A stretch of DNA of 64,000 nt from an uncultured Rhizobiaceae bacterium. Its GTDB lineage: Bacteria; Pseudomonadota; Alphaproteobacteria; UBA7879; VGCX01. Location of the stretch: contig CAYGKW010000003.1 in the NCBI GenBank assembly GCA_964350815.1, forward strand, positions 26,500 to 90,499, given 5' to 3'. Positions 1 to 9,584 of this stretch are shown one piece after another. The notes beneath the pieces were generated by a model. It was not told the origin of the DNA, ran no database searches, and saw nothing but the letters and a program-made list of their open reading frames with translations. Every line of letters starts with the position of its first letter. Positions within the stretch are counted from its first letter, which is position 1. The position numbers and the translations under genes were made by a program.

Positions 1-129
1 TCCGAGCCCGAGCTTGAGACTAGACGACAAATAGGTTTAAAGGTTATACTTTATTTGATAGTATTTAGTTTGTTGATGTATTTTGTATACAGATCTGTTT
101 GGCGTAACGTAAAATAATGTGGAGGAAAC

Positions 130-672
130 ATGTATAAAGCCATTAAATTTTTAAGTATCATTTTGGGACTGGGTTTAGGATCCTGTTCCTATGATATGGC
201 CAATTATATTGATTTATCCCACCCAAACTGTTCAAACAATAAAATTGTTGAAGTCAGCGAAAACATTTATAACATCAACCCCCAAATCTACAGTGAAATT
301 TCAACTTGGGTCAAAAACAACTTAAAACAAGATGGATATGAATTATCCGAAGAATCAAAAAATACCACAACAATGCTTGTAACAATTAATCATGAAGTAT
401 CTGATGTTAGTGGCGAAGCACCCATGATTCACCAAAAAGGTAAAAATGGACCAGATGTTGATAAACCAAAGATGTTCCGTCACAAAGTTAATATTATGAT
501 GGAAGATTTAGTTTGCGGTCGTGAAACAAAAACAATCAATGTTGAAATGGATACATTTGAACCAGATTTCCTAGAAGCCTTACCAGAACTAATGGAATCT
601 TTGGAAGAAGGCTTTGCAAATACAAAAGGCCCAAAATCCCGCACTGTCATAACAGTTGAAAGAAAACTCTAA
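130..672 (+). CDS. hypothetical protein, probable lipoprotein/secreted (N-terminal hydrophobic segment ending LGLGSC)
   Basis: 180-aa ORF with GGAGGA RBS before the ATG; signal-like N-terminus with lipobox-like LGSC; no recognisable domain. Confidence 0.5.
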   Translation: MYKAIKFLSIILGLGLGSCSYDMANYIDLSHPNCSNNKIVEVSENIYNINPQIYSEISTWVKNNLKQDGYELSEESKNTTTMLVTINHEVSDVSGEAPMIHQKGKNGPDVDKPKMFRHKVNIMMEDLVCGRETKTINVEMDTFEPDFLEALPELMESLEEGFANTKGPKSRTVITVERKL

Positions 673-730
673 CTCTATTGATTTCTTTTTAATAACCTCT
701 TAAATAAATATTGGTATAGAGGTTATTGGG

Positions 731-1513
731 ATGAAGTTATTATCATATTTATTTGTATGTATTGTTATATTTAATGTTAAGCACAGTCATGGTGCAGCCA
801 TGGGTTCATCTGCCGAAGCTGAAGCATCATCAAGAACTACTGCCCTAGTTAAAGTTAAAAAAGTTGATCCTTACATGGTTGATCCTAAAAATGTTGCCCT
901 TGTTGTGCATATAAGGGGTCTAGGAATCTATGTGCCATTAGGGGAACCTCCCGAAAGTTATGTTCCAGAAGATTTAAAACATATGCCCCCACCCTTGCCA
1001 AGATTATCAAATCCTTTCGATATAATGGCCCTTGCCAGAGAAGGTGAATCATCCGGTCCCTATTTATGGGCAATGCGTTCACAAATGACAACTGAAAGCA
1101 TGGAAACAAAAGATGCCGAGGGCCAAACTGCCCTTATAAAGATAATAAATGACGATGCTTGTGATTTTAATGCATTTTCTGTTTTAATGAATCATCCCAC
1201 ATTATTTCATAAGCCTGATGATGATGGTGTGTTACCAATTTTTGCAGCAATTAATGCAGAAGAAGATTATCCAGAAGAATACCCTTATGGGCTTAGTATT
1301 CTTAAGGCCTATGTAATTGCATCTATTCATGCTGGCCAAAGTTTTGAACAATTCTTAGATACTATAAAATCAAGCATCCATCCAGATACTGGTGTTTCCT
1401 TACATGATAGAATATTGGGCCTTTCAAAAGGATCTTTTATAAGAAATGCGTATGAACTTATTATAGGAAAAGGCGGAGAAGAATATTTAAGAATTATGGG
1501 ACAGATTTCATAA
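731..1513 (+). CDS. secreted hypothetical protein, possibly with ankyrin-like repeats
   Basis: 260-aa ORF with N-terminal signal peptide (MKLLSYLFVCIVIFNV...HG/AA); internal segments GQTALIKII and DDGVLPIFAAI weakly resemble the ankyrin G-TPLH-AA core. Confidence 0.45.
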   Translation: MKLLSYLFVCIVIFNVKHSHGAAMGSSAEAEASSRTTALVKVKKVDPYMVDPKNVALVVHIRGLGIYVPLGEPPESYVPEDLKHMPPPLPRLSNPFDIMALAREGESSGPYLWAMRSQMTTESMETKDAEGQTALIKIINDDACDFNAFSVLMNHPTLFHKPDDDGVLPIFAAINAEEDYPEEYPYGLSILKAYVIASIHAGQSFEQFLDTIKSSIHPDTGVSLHDRILGLSKGSFIRNAYELIIGKGGEEYLRIMGQIS

Positions 1514-1870
1514 ATTTTTATTAATAATAGAAGCCGCAAAAGCCGGTGTTGTCTGCATTTTCTTGACTACTACTGTTGTTCAAAGCTTCGAATAATAAAG
1601 GGCTGAAGAACAGCAACTTAAGATAATAAAATATGGCAGACTCACATACTTCGCAGCCTCTAACTTGACTTTAAAACACCCTGGCTTACCTATTCAAATT
1701 GAAAAATGGGGGGTTTTGCAACAAATAAGGTCTAATATTTAACGCTACAGAAATTTCAATAGGTTGTATAGATGAACATTCAATAAACATATAAAAATAA
1801 AGTATTTGCATCTAATTACTTTAAAATTCTACGATTGAATTGTAGAAATATTTGTTAAGCGGAGGCAAAA

Positions 1871-1933
1871 ATGAAAATCATCTTACTACTTATATCTATC
1901 ATACTTTTTCCAGAACCGAGTAAAGCCATGTAG
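1871..1933 (+). CDS. candidate 20-aa hydrophobic leader peptide ORF (MKIILLLISIILFPEPSKAM)
   Basis: Strong SD GGAGG 5 nt upstream of ATG; 20 codons then TAG; lies 40 nt upstream of the Arg-rich ORF, which starts with the same ATGAAAATCAT. Confidence 0.2.
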   Translation: MKIILLLISIILFPEPSKAM

Positions 1934-1972
1934 TATGCAGACCATGATCGTTCAGCATCAGCAGGGACACGT

Positions 1973-2875
1973 ATGAAAATCATGGCAAGAGAACGTTTTT
2001 TAAGAGGCCAGCAAGCAGATGCTGTTGATTGGGCACGTAGAAGTGGTTTTACCAAAAAGGGCAGAAGAAAAAGTCATTCTGGAGAACAAGAAAGAAGACG
2101 GTCTACGGGCTCAATACCCGCTGGTGCAGACCTGTGGAAAATGGAACAGCGTGCGGCAAGAAAGGCTGCAAGACTGGCAAATGAAGCAACTGAAGCAACC
2201 CCCGAAGCAGGCGAAAGTGCAGAATCCGCAAGCTTACCGGAATCATCTGCAGATTTATTGGGGGTGGAATCGCCAACCAGGGGCAAAACTGAAGTAATGG
2301 TACAAGCCGTTTTAAGGGCCGCATCTGCTGCAAGAAGTATTGCGCACAGAGAAGCATTTGCAGGGCTTGCACGGACTAACCACATGGCAAGAAGAGACAG
2401 CGCAAGGCACGTAATCCTAGAACGTCGTTCTGAAGATGCTATGAGAAGATTTTTGGGCCGGTATGGTTCAATACGTTCTCGCTCTGCACCACTTCCAGAG
2501 GTGGATAGACGTGACAGAGATGAAGTCAGCGTACTTATGGGGCAAGGACTTACAAGACCCGAAGCCGTTACCATAAGCCGGATGCGTTTTCTAAGAACCC
2601 CTTTCTTACAGGGATTAAAAGATGCTGATGGTACTGTCATCGCAACACCAGAGCAAACCCGTCGATTTATGCTAATTGAATATCAAACTTTATCTGAAGA
2701 GGTTGCCAGGTATACCCAATCTGATGAATTCAAAAAGGCCATCAAAGGTAAAGATTTTGAATTTGCAAAAGCCTTAATTCTTGCAAAAGCAGAACCAGAA
2801 GGTGAAGCCCCTGAAGAAGGAGCAGGCGAATCAGATGAGGTTGCGTCCACTGCGGACTCTGGATCTGATGAATAA
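1973..2875 (+). CDS. hypothetical Arg-rich protein with acidic C-terminal tail; compositionally atypical (GC-rich) relative to neighbours
   Basis: 300-aa ORF, AGGGA RBS; no signal peptide; many RR/RS motifs and an E/D-rich C-terminus; the long antisense ORFs 2074..2640 and 2103..2372 reflect the locally higher GC. Confidence 0.5.
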   Translation: MKIMARERFLRGQQADAVDWARRSGFTKKGRRKSHSGEQERRRSTGSIPAGADLWKMEQRAARKAARLANEATEATPEAGESAESASLPESSADLLGVESPTRGKTEVMVQAVLRAASAARSIAHREAFAGLARTNHMARRDSARHVILERRSEDAMRRFLGRYGSIRSRSAPLPEVDRRDRDEVSVLMGQGLTRPEAVTISRMRFLRTPFLQGLKDADGTVIATPEQTRRFMLIEYQTLSEEVARYTQSDEFKKAIKGKDFEFAKALILAKAEPEGEAPEEGAGESDEVASTADSGSDE

Positions 2876-2892
2876 ATATAAACCAAAACAAT

Positions 2893-2935
2893 TAAGGGTG
2901 TTTTGCAAGGTCTATCTTGCACCACCCTTTTTTAT
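2893..2935 (+). terminator. rho-independent terminator (imperfect hairpin tgcaag-N6-cttgca inside gggtg...caccc, followed by TTTTTT)
   Basis: Stem-loop plus T-tract immediately after the stop of the 1973..2875 ORF. Confidence 0.4.
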
Positions 2936-2967
2936 ATGGCAAAGTTATACTTGAACAGGAGAGTTAA

Positions 2968-3633
2968 ATGCTAAAAAGCTTATCTATGCACTTTATTTTA
3001 TTCATTGCCTTAATAACAAGCAATGCAAATGCAGCCCCAAGATATATTACGATTGCAGATAATACCGACAGAATTCGTTCTGTATTCGAAGATTTAAAAG
3101 TTATTAATGACAGCATCCCTTACTTTCAAAACCGAAAAAACGATAAAAAGAATGCTGACCCTGAATTAGAAAGTGCGGTCATTGATTCAATGTATGATTT
3201 GCAAAATTTCTTTTCCAACACAGACAAAGGCGATAAAACTTTCGATCAAACTTTTGATGAAATCAGAAAAAACTTAACCGAACGTGAAGTTGAAGAAATC
3301 TTACGACAAAGCGGCATGTTTAATGAAATTGTTGACCCTATTTTAGGGGGAAGCTACCAAAGAATTGAAAAAGTTCCAGGATACAGCACCCATAGTAATG
3401 GGAAAGATAAATTGTGGCGTGCATACCTAGCCACGATCTTAGCCTTCCAATTAGAAGTTATTCGGTACATGCAAAATCTTATGAATACCTACACAAATTT
3501 GGGGGTGACAACCCTTATTTCCAGGTCAGACGAAGAAATTACTTTAAAGCCATTAAGCAAGGCTTTAAGGCTTGCAGGTCAAGAAGTTGCTGACTTAAAA
3601 CGAAGATTGCAAGATATTAAAGACCTATCATAA
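2968..3633 (+). CDS. secreted hypothetical protein
   Basis: 221-aa ORF; signal peptide with ANA/AP cleavage-like site; no recognisable domain. Confidence 0.5.
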   Translation: MLKSLSMHFILFIALITSNANAAPRYITIADNTDRIRSVFEDLKVINDSIPYFQNRKNDKKNADPELESAVIDSMYDLQNFFSNTDKGDKTFDQTFDEIRKNLTEREVEEILRQSGMFNEIVDPILGGSYQRIEKVPGYSTHSNGKDKLWRAYLATILAFQLEVIRYMQNLMNTYTNLGVTTLISRSDEEITLKPLSKALRLAGQEVADLKRRLQDIKDLS

Positions 3634-3757
3634 TACGGTGAACAGCTAAAGGCCATTTCCTATCCATGAAAAACTGTACTGTCGTATCAATAATTCCTGT
3701 TATCAAGATTCGATTTAAATGTTAAATTAATTTTCTATAATTTTTAGGACATTCATA

Positions 3758-4972
3758 ATGAAACACTTAATTGGATCTATTTGCTTGGTTGCAGGAACCT
3801 CGATTGGGGTTGGAACTTTGGCCTTACCCATAACCCTAAGCCAACTGGGAATTATTCATACTTTTTGTTATATGGCTGTTGTTTGGGGTGTTATGTATTT
3901 TTCTGCAATTGCCAGTCTTGAATTAAATTTGCGTGCAGGCCAAGGCCTTCCTTTAGGAAACCTTGGGAAATTTTACAGTGGCAGAATTGCCCAGTTAATT
4001 GGAAACCTAAGCTTGGTTTTATTAATGTATGCTTTGCTTGCCGCCTATTTCAGTGCGGGAACATCTGTTACTTACAAAATATTACAATCCCTTGATTATG
4101 ATGTATCCAAAAGTTTTGTTAACAAACTTTATATATTTGTGAATTTTATTATCTTGTGCCTTAATTTAAAATGGATTGATACTATTAATCGTCTCTTATT
4201 TTATGGCCTTATTGCCATCATGCTTGTTGTTTCAAGTGCATTTATAATGGATATAGATTCTGGTCATCTTCCCCTTTGGGAGGAATCTTCCTACCATATT
4301 AAATCTTGGTCAAAACTTACACCCATTATGTTTACAGCCTTTGGATTTCAAGTTATTTTTCACACCCTGACGAACTATTGCAATAAAGATAAAGTGATGT
4401 TAAAGCGTGCCTTTTTCTGGGGCAGCATCCTTACGGCATTTATTTACTTGTTCTGGACCTGCAGTATTCTTGGGGTTCTATATAACCACAGCCCTGAAAT
4501 TTATAATAAAATGCTAAATAATAGAATTGATGTGGCTGAATTGATGACAGCCCTGTCAGATATTATTGCTTGGGCAAATTTACGTATGTTCTTTTGGATA
4601 ATCGTTAGCCTTGCTGTAATCACATCTTTTATTGGCGTCGGCATTGGTTTAAGCACAGCTTTGGAAAGTATTGTTCATTGGCCTAAAAAAGCCCCCAATC
4701 GTATGAAATATATTTTCAGCACCCTTCTTGCTGTAACCCCGGCCTATTTTATCGCAACAAACTTTCAAGATATTTTTATAAGTGCCTTAAGTTTTGCTGG
4801 AATGGTCTTGGCCGTGATTGCCTTGATCTTGCCTTTATATCTGTTGATAAAGTCCAACCAGAAAAACCCGACGGTTTTTTATAAAATCACAACGAACCCT
4901 ATTGCCATTGCCTTTGGTTTTGTCTTTGCCTTTTGGGTTATTGGCTGTGAAATATTGAATTTAATATCATAA
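3758..4972 (+). CDS. aromatic amino acid permease (HAAAP family, TyrP/Mtr/TnaB-like)
   Basis: 404 aa, about 11 TM segments; N-terminus VAGTSIGVGTLALP and LMYALLAAYFSAG match the tyrosine/tryptophan-specific transporter family. Confidence 0.8.
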   Translation: MKHLIGSICLVAGTSIGVGTLALPITLSQLGIIHTFCYMAVVWGVMYFSAIASLELNLRAGQGLPLGNLGKFYSGRIAQLIGNLSLVLLMYALLAAYFSAGTSVTYKILQSLDYDVSKSFVNKLYIFVNFIILCLNLKWIDTINRLLFYGLIAIMLVVSSAFIMDIDSGHLPLWEESSYHIKSWSKLTPIMFTAFGFQVIFHTLTNYCNKDKVMLKRAFFWGSILTAFIYLFWTCSILGVLYNHSPEIYNKMLNNRIDVAELMTALSDIIAWANLRMFFWIIVSLAVITSFIGVGIGLSTALESIVHWPKKAPNRMKYIFSTLLAVTPAYFIATNFQDIFISALSFAGMVLAVIALILPLYLLIKSNQKNPTVFYKITTNPIAIAFGFVFAFWVIGCEILNLIS

Positions 4973-4975
4973 CAA

Positions 4976-5008
4976 AAAAGCCCCAAATCTGGGGCTTTTC
5001 ACTTTTTA
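4976..5008. terminator. bidirectional rho-independent terminator (aagccccaaatctggggctt + T-tract) between convergent genes
   Basis: Perfect 7-bp GC-rich stem with A-tract upstream and T-tract downstream. Confidence 0.65.
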
Positions 5009-5020
5009 ACGTTTTATTAT

Positions 5021-6343
5021 TTAATCGATTTTTGAAAATAATAGCTGTGAAGACTCTGTCCCAAACAAAGGGTGCATTTCAACACCATACGCATAGTCTT
5101 TATTAAGACCATTTGATTCGCCCATGGCACGGTTGGCTGTATCAACAACAACATGCGTGTCTTTTCCAGACCCAATAGTACCAAGAACAGTTCCTGTATG
5201 TCCGCCAGCTCCATAAAGGCCTACTGAAGGATTTTCTTCTACACAGTCCATTTTCATGCCGCGGCGAACCCAAACCATTCCAGGAATAAATTCATCTGGG
5301 GTTTTAAAATGAACAGGGCTGAATCCTGCAACAAGGGGGTCTCTATAAGCAGCATCTCCTGCCCCATGCCAATCAGACATAATTGAACCCCAAGCAGCAA
5401 CCACACCCCCTTTATCTAAATAAGGTCGGGCTGTTGGGTCCATGCTATCAACACTATGCAACCACCAATGTAAAGTTGATGGAGATATTCCTTTTTTCCC
5501 TGCATCACGCCATATTCTTGAAGAACAGTCCATCCATGGATAGTCACCCAAAAGTTCTGCTTCCGGCCCTTCATCTCCATGAAATGCCCCAAAACCGTAT
5601 CCATTGCCGGTTTCAAATAAGATAGCTCTGCCACCAATATGACCTAAGGATGAAAGTTTTTCCATATCATCCCAAGTCACATCTTCAGGCACTGGAACCC
5701 CCATATGCCAGGGGGATCTTTGCAACCAATCCGCCCCAAACAAACCCACCATTGCAGCATTTAAATCTGTTTGGCCGGTTGCTTCCAAATAAGCCATTTG
5801 AAGAAGTGTTATAGATGTACGTCCTTCACTGCTAACAAATAATTTTCCTGTATCTGCATAAGGAACTTCTGTTGGATCTGCAGAAAACACCCCATCAGTT
5901 CCATCAACCAAAGTAGAAAGTCTTGATAATCCTGCGGCTGCCAAATTCAAGTTTAATCCAATTTTATCTGAACGTAAGACCCATGCAAGCCCCCGTTTAC
6001 CTTCTTCTACTCTGGTTTTCTTTGCAACCTCTTTGGCTGCATCAAACTGATCATAATTTTCTTTCTCTGATTCAAGTCTTGCGGCAACTTGTCCTTCTAA
6101 TTTTTCCACATCCGGGTCGGCGTCAGTTATTGCCTTTTGTAAAGTGGCTAACCATTTTGCTTGTTCTTCACGCCTTGCAACACCTTCTTCATAGTGCCCC
6201 CTAATTATGGGGTTATCTGAAATGGCTTTTTTTGCAACAGCTACGACTTCTGAATCTGGATCAGAGGAAAAACTTCCTGCAGCAGCAGCAGCGATAGAAT
6301 CTAAAGAAAATAGTAGACTTGTAATTAATAGAATTTTTTTCAT
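5021..6343 (-). CDS. secreted hypothetical protein (about 440 aa, Gly/Trp/His-rich C-terminal half)
   Basis: Start taken at the internal MKKILLITSLLFSLDSIAAAAA signal peptide preceded by GAAAGAGG RBS (the ORF-track start at 6397 adds 18 aa); no recognisable catalytic motif; GC content above local background. Confidence 0.55.
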   Translation of the reverse strand: MKKILLITSLLFSLDSIAAAAAGSFSSDPDSEVVAVAKKAISDNPIIRGHYEEGVARREEQAKWLATLQKAITDADPDVEKLEGQVAARLESEKENYDQFDAAKEVAKKTRVEEGKRGLAWVLRSDKIGLNLNLAAAGLSRLSTLVDGTDGVFSADPTEVPYADTGKLFVSSEGRTSITLLQMAYLEATGQTDLNAAMVGLFGADWLQRSPWHMGVPVPEDVTWDDMEKLSSLGHIGGRAILFETGNGYGFGAFHGDEGPEAELLGDYPWMDCSSRIWRDAGKKGISPSTLHWWLHSVDSMDPTARPYLDKGGVVAAWGSIMSDWHGAGDAAYRDPLVAGFSPVHFKTPDEFIPGMVWVRRGMKMDCVEENPSVGLYGAGGHTGTVLGTIGSGKDTHVVVDTANRAMGESNGLNKDYAYGVEMHPLFGTESSQLLFSKID

Positions 6344-6417
6344 GTGAACCTCTTTCTTATTCCCTATAAATATAAGGATTACCAACAGGTTATACAATAT
6401 GTTTTGGGAATATATTT

Positions 6418-7488
6418 CTATTTTTTACGTTTTCTTGCGCGTAATTTTCCCACAAGGGTTTTTATATGCCTATTGTGGTCAGAAAACTTTTTACTAAAGA
6501 CGTGCCCACCTTTACCATCTGCAACAAAAAATAATGCATCTGTATCCGCTGGGTTAATCAATACGGCCTCTAGGGCTGCCTGTGAAGGAGCTGCAATGGG
6601 GGTTGGTGGCAAACCCTTAATACGATAGGTATTAAATAAATTATCACTACGCATATCTTTGCCTCTGACAGGGCCTGTCAAAATCCCCGTTCCTTTAGTA
6701 ACTCCATAGATTGCTGTTGGGTCTGCCTGCAATCGCATTCCCTTTTTCAGCCTATTAAGATAAACGCCTGCCACCATTGGCATTTCACGTTTTAACAAGG
6801 CTTCGCGTTCAACGATGGATGCCAAGGTCAAAGCTTCGAATGGGGAAGTAAAAGGCAAACCTGCTTTGCGCTTATTCCACAATTCCTTCAGTATTTTTTT
6901 CATTTCTTTTTGCATCACATGAACCAATGTTGAATACCGTGTTCCTTTGGAAACTGTGTAGGTATCGGGAAATAAGGTGCCTTCCATAGGGTCAATATAT
7001 TCATCTTTTCTTAGAAAAGGGGCTTGCTCCATAATCAAGAAAATTTGGTGATTTGTTAAACCTTCTGGAAAGGTTATTTTGTAGTATCGCCCTTTGGCAT
7101 TTACAATCATATTGGTAATTTCAGCAGGCGTAATACCCGGGTATAAGACATAATCCCCAGCTTTTAAGTCCCCTTCAAGGCCTTGAAAATACACCCCATA
7201 TTCAAAAAAGGATTCTGATCTTATTATTCCATGTTTATAAAGTTTGTGCGCAATGTCAGAAAGGGTGCGGCCGCGCCTAACTTCAAAGTTCAATTCTTCC
7301 GTTAACGGCCCTGTGCTTACAAAGTATCCCGCAATGCCAAATATAATATAAAAGAAAATACCAACAATAAAAGTTGCTATGCGAAGACTGATGTCATGTT
7401 CGAAATGATGTTTTAAGAATTTCCAGGTTTTCTGGAAATGTTCATAAATATTTTTTTTATTTAAATTCCGTGAATACCAAACTTGCAT
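6418..7488 (-). CDS. mltG: endolytic murein transglycosylase MltG (YceG family)
   Basis: Single N-terminal TM followed by a YceG-like domain; conserved gene order immediately downstream of fabF; start ambiguous (TTG at 7506 or ATG at 7488), overlapping the fabF 3' end by 32-50 bp. Confidence 0.75.
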   Translation of the reverse strand: MQVWYSRNLNKKNIYEHFQKTWKFLKHHFEHDISLRIATFIVGIFFYIIFGIAGYFVSTGPLTEELNFEVRRGRTLSDIAHKLYKHGIIRSESFFEYGVYFQGLEGDLKAGDYVLYPGITPAEITNMIVNAKGRYYKITFPEGLTNHQIFLIMEQAPFLRKDEYIDPMEGTLFPDTYTVSKGTRYSTLVHVMQKEMKKILKELWNKRKAGLPFTSPFEALTLASIVEREALLKREMPMVAGVYLNRLKKGMRLQADPTAIYGVTKGTGILTGPVRGKDMRSDNLFNTYRIKGLPPTPIAAPSQAALEAVLINPADTDALFFVADGKGGHVFSKKFSDHNRHIKTLVGKLRARKRKK

Positions 7489-8734
7489 TCGTTCCGCCAA
7501 ACCCAAATGAATTAGAAAGCGTTGCCCTGATTTTTCGTTTTTTAGCCGTCAAAGGAACAAGATCAATGTCTTCAGTCCCCTGTGATGGATTATGTAAGTT
7601 TAATGTTGGCGGAGCAATCTGGTTTTGTAAAGCTTTAATACAAAAAATTGCCTCTACAGCACCGGCGGCGCCCAATAAATGGCCCGTAGATGATTTTGTC
7701 GAAGACATAGAAAATCCGTCTAACTTACCATCAAACAGTCTTTTGATGGCTGCAATTTCAATCATGTCACCTTTTGGTGTGGATGTTCCATGCGCATTGA
7801 TATAGTCAATATCTTCAATATTTAATTTCGCACTTTTTAAGGCATATTTCATGGCGCGGTATGCCCCATCGCCATCTTCTGCAGGTGCTGTGACGTGATA
7901 TGCATCCCCAGAAAGGCCGTATCCAGTAACTTCACAGTAAATCTTTGCCCCACGTTTTTTTGCGTGTTCCAGTTCTTCAAGAACAAGAACCCCGGCCCCT
8001 TCACCCATAACGAATCCATCACGGCCTTCATCCCATGGACGGGAACCTGCAGTCGGATCATCATTATATTTTGTGGACAAAGCACGGATTGCAGAAAACC
8101 CACTCATGCCCAAACGGCCAACACAAGCCTCGGCACCACCAGCCAGCATAACATCCGCATCACCTAATTGGATCAAGCGAGATGCATCCCCAATGGCATG
8201 CGCACCTGTTGAACAGGCCGTTACGACGGAATGGTTAGGGCCTTTAAATCCATGTCGAATGGAAACATTTCCTGATGCTTCATTAATCAGTGATGAAATA
8301 ATAAAATAAGGGCTTACGCGGCGCGGACCTTTTTCATGTAACGCAACCGCATTTTCATAAATATTGTCTAACCCTCCAATACCTGCACCAATAAGAACAC
8401 CTGTGCGTTCTTGTGATTCAGTATCAGTTGGTTTCCATCCAGAATCACTAACTGCTTCTTCAGACGCTGCAATGGCATGCGCTATGAAACGTCCCATTTT
8501 ACGCTGGTCTTTAGGCTCAATCATTGAATCAAGATTCAATAAACCTTTGCTTGCCGCATCTTCATCTTTTGATTCAGGTGCTTCGCCGGCAATTTTACAA
8601 GCAAGATCATCAGATTTGCACAAAGTAATTTTCCCAATCCCAGATTCTGAATTAATCAGTTTTTTCCAAGAATGTTCAACTCCGTATGCTAGTGGACTTA
8701 CAAGCCCAATACCTGTAACTACAACGCGTCTCAT
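7457..8734 (-). CDS. fabF: 3-oxoacyl-ACP synthase II (KAS II)
   Basis: 425 aa; VVTGIGLVSPL N-terminus, active-site ACSTGAHAIG, C-terminal NSFGFGGTNASL; adjacent to acpP. Confidence 0.95.
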   Translation of the reverse strand: MRRVVVTGIGLVSPLAYGVEHSWKKLINSESGIGKITLCKSDDLACKIAGEAPESKDEDAASKGLLNLDSMIEPKDQRKMGRFIAHAIAASEEAVSDSGWKPTDTESQERTGVLIGAGIGGLDNIYENAVALHEKGPRRVSPYFIISSLINEASGNVSIRHGFKGPNHSVVTACSTGAHAIGDASRLIQLGDADVMLAGGAEACVGRLGMSGFSAIRALSTKYNDDPTAGSRPWDEGRDGFVMGEGAGVLVLEELEHAKKRGAKIYCEVTGYGLSGDAYHVTAPAEDGDGAYRAMKYALKSAKLNIEDIDYINAHGTSTPKGDMIEIAAIKRLFDGKLDGFSMSSTKSSTGHLLGAAGAVEAIFCIKALQNQIAPPTLNLHNPSQGTEDIDLVPLTAKKRKIRATLSNSFGFGGTNASLVFTEFK

Positions 8735-8772
8735 GATCTTACTCGTTAAAGAAAAGCAAAGCTTTTCGTGAT

Positions 8773-9009
8773 TTAATTGTTTGATTCAATAAAGCTTACA
8801 GCGTCATCAATTGTTTGAATTTTTTCTGCTGCATCATCTGGAATTTCAACATCGAATTCTTCTTCAAAAGCCATAACAAGTTCAACTGTATCCAAACTAT
8901 CAAGACCTAGGTCATCAATAAAACTTGAACTTCCTTTGATCTTATCTTTTTCAACGTTTGCCTTTTCAGATACGATATCAACTACCCTCTCTTGAATGCT
9001 TTTTGACAT
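8773..9009 (-). CDS. acpP: acyl carrier protein
   Basis: 78 aa with [19 protein letters not shown] phosphopantetheine-attachment motif. Confidence 0.95.
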   Translation of the reverse strand: MSKSIQERVVDIVSEKANVEKDKIKGSSSFIDDLGLDSLDTVELVMAFEEEFDVEIPDDAAEKIQTIDDAVSFIESNN

Positions 9010-9188
9010 GTTTTTTCTTCCTTTATTAAATTTTCATAAAAAATAAGCAATATTTGTCTTGGTACCATAATCTTTTAAACTTGACTAGTCAAAAAATAAT
9101 CTTTGATACAGAATAGTTTCATTCATATCTCCCCTTTTTGCTTAAAAAAACTTTACTAGAAAAATAATATTAAAACTTTGATTTTTGG

Positions 9189-9479
9189 CTAATCCACAAA
9201 CGGACAATATTTGGTTATCGGACGATCACGGTCATTTTTGGCATACATCAAGGCTGTCTGTAAAATACGTTCGTCTTCCACCCCTTTTGCCTTTGATGTC
9301 TTTTTAATTTGATCCAAATACTCAACAGCTTTAGGGGTAAGAGTTATTCTGACATAGCACGAATGGTTGGCCAAACTGAACGGAAGCCATTGGGGATCCC
9401 TTAATAAAGACCGCAACCCATCTTCAATTACATTTACATATTTTTTAAATTCTTCAGGAATTTTTATAATGTATTCCAA
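9189..9479 (-). CDS. hypothetical small protein, possible ribbon-helix-helix DNA-binding fold
   Basis: 96 aa; segment YVRITLTPKAVEYLDQI...ILQTAL resembles a beta-strand/helix RHH (CopG/Arc-like) pattern; weak. Confidence 0.4.
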   Translation of the reverse strand: MEYIIKIPEEFKKYVNVIEDGLRSLLRDPQWLPFSLANHSCYVRITLTPKAVEYLDQIKKTSKAKGVEDERILQTALMYAKNDRDRPITKYCPFVD

Positions 9480-9535
9480 TGCTGCCCCTGCCTTTTATTA
9501 ATTAAGGCGCTATCCTACACACATTGTCAAGAAAC

Positions 9536-9566
9536 AAAAAAAGCCGCACAAGTATGTGCAGCTTAT
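9536..9566 (-). terminator. rho-independent terminator downstream of trxA (gctgcacatacttgtgcggc + T-tract on minus strand)
   Basis: Hairpin plus T-run immediately 3' of the trxA stop on the minus strand. Confidence 0.4.
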
Positions 9567-9584
9567 AGTTTATACAGTATAAAA

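Noticed and set aside
1520-1870. 350-bp gene-free spacer as a possible ncRNA (RNase P, tmRNA, SRP, 6S)
   Set aside because: No conserved ncRNA signature motifs such as AGGAAAGTCCGGGCTCC were found by eye. Only a short palindrome, TTCTACgattgaattGTAGAA, at about 1826-1846 was seen, which may be an operator
2074-2640. Long antisense ORFs (188 aa and 89 aa, minus strand) and the +2-frame ORF 2019..2297 inside the Arg-rich gene
   Set aside because: Typical stop-codon-poor shadow ORFs of a locally GC-rich coding region; no RBS and nested entirely within the longer sense ORF
7457-7506. fabF/mltG overlap suggesting a frameshift or fusion
   Set aside because: Both reading frames are intact and different; the overlap is explained by start-codon ambiguity for mltG (TTG 7506 vs ATG 7488), not a pseudogene
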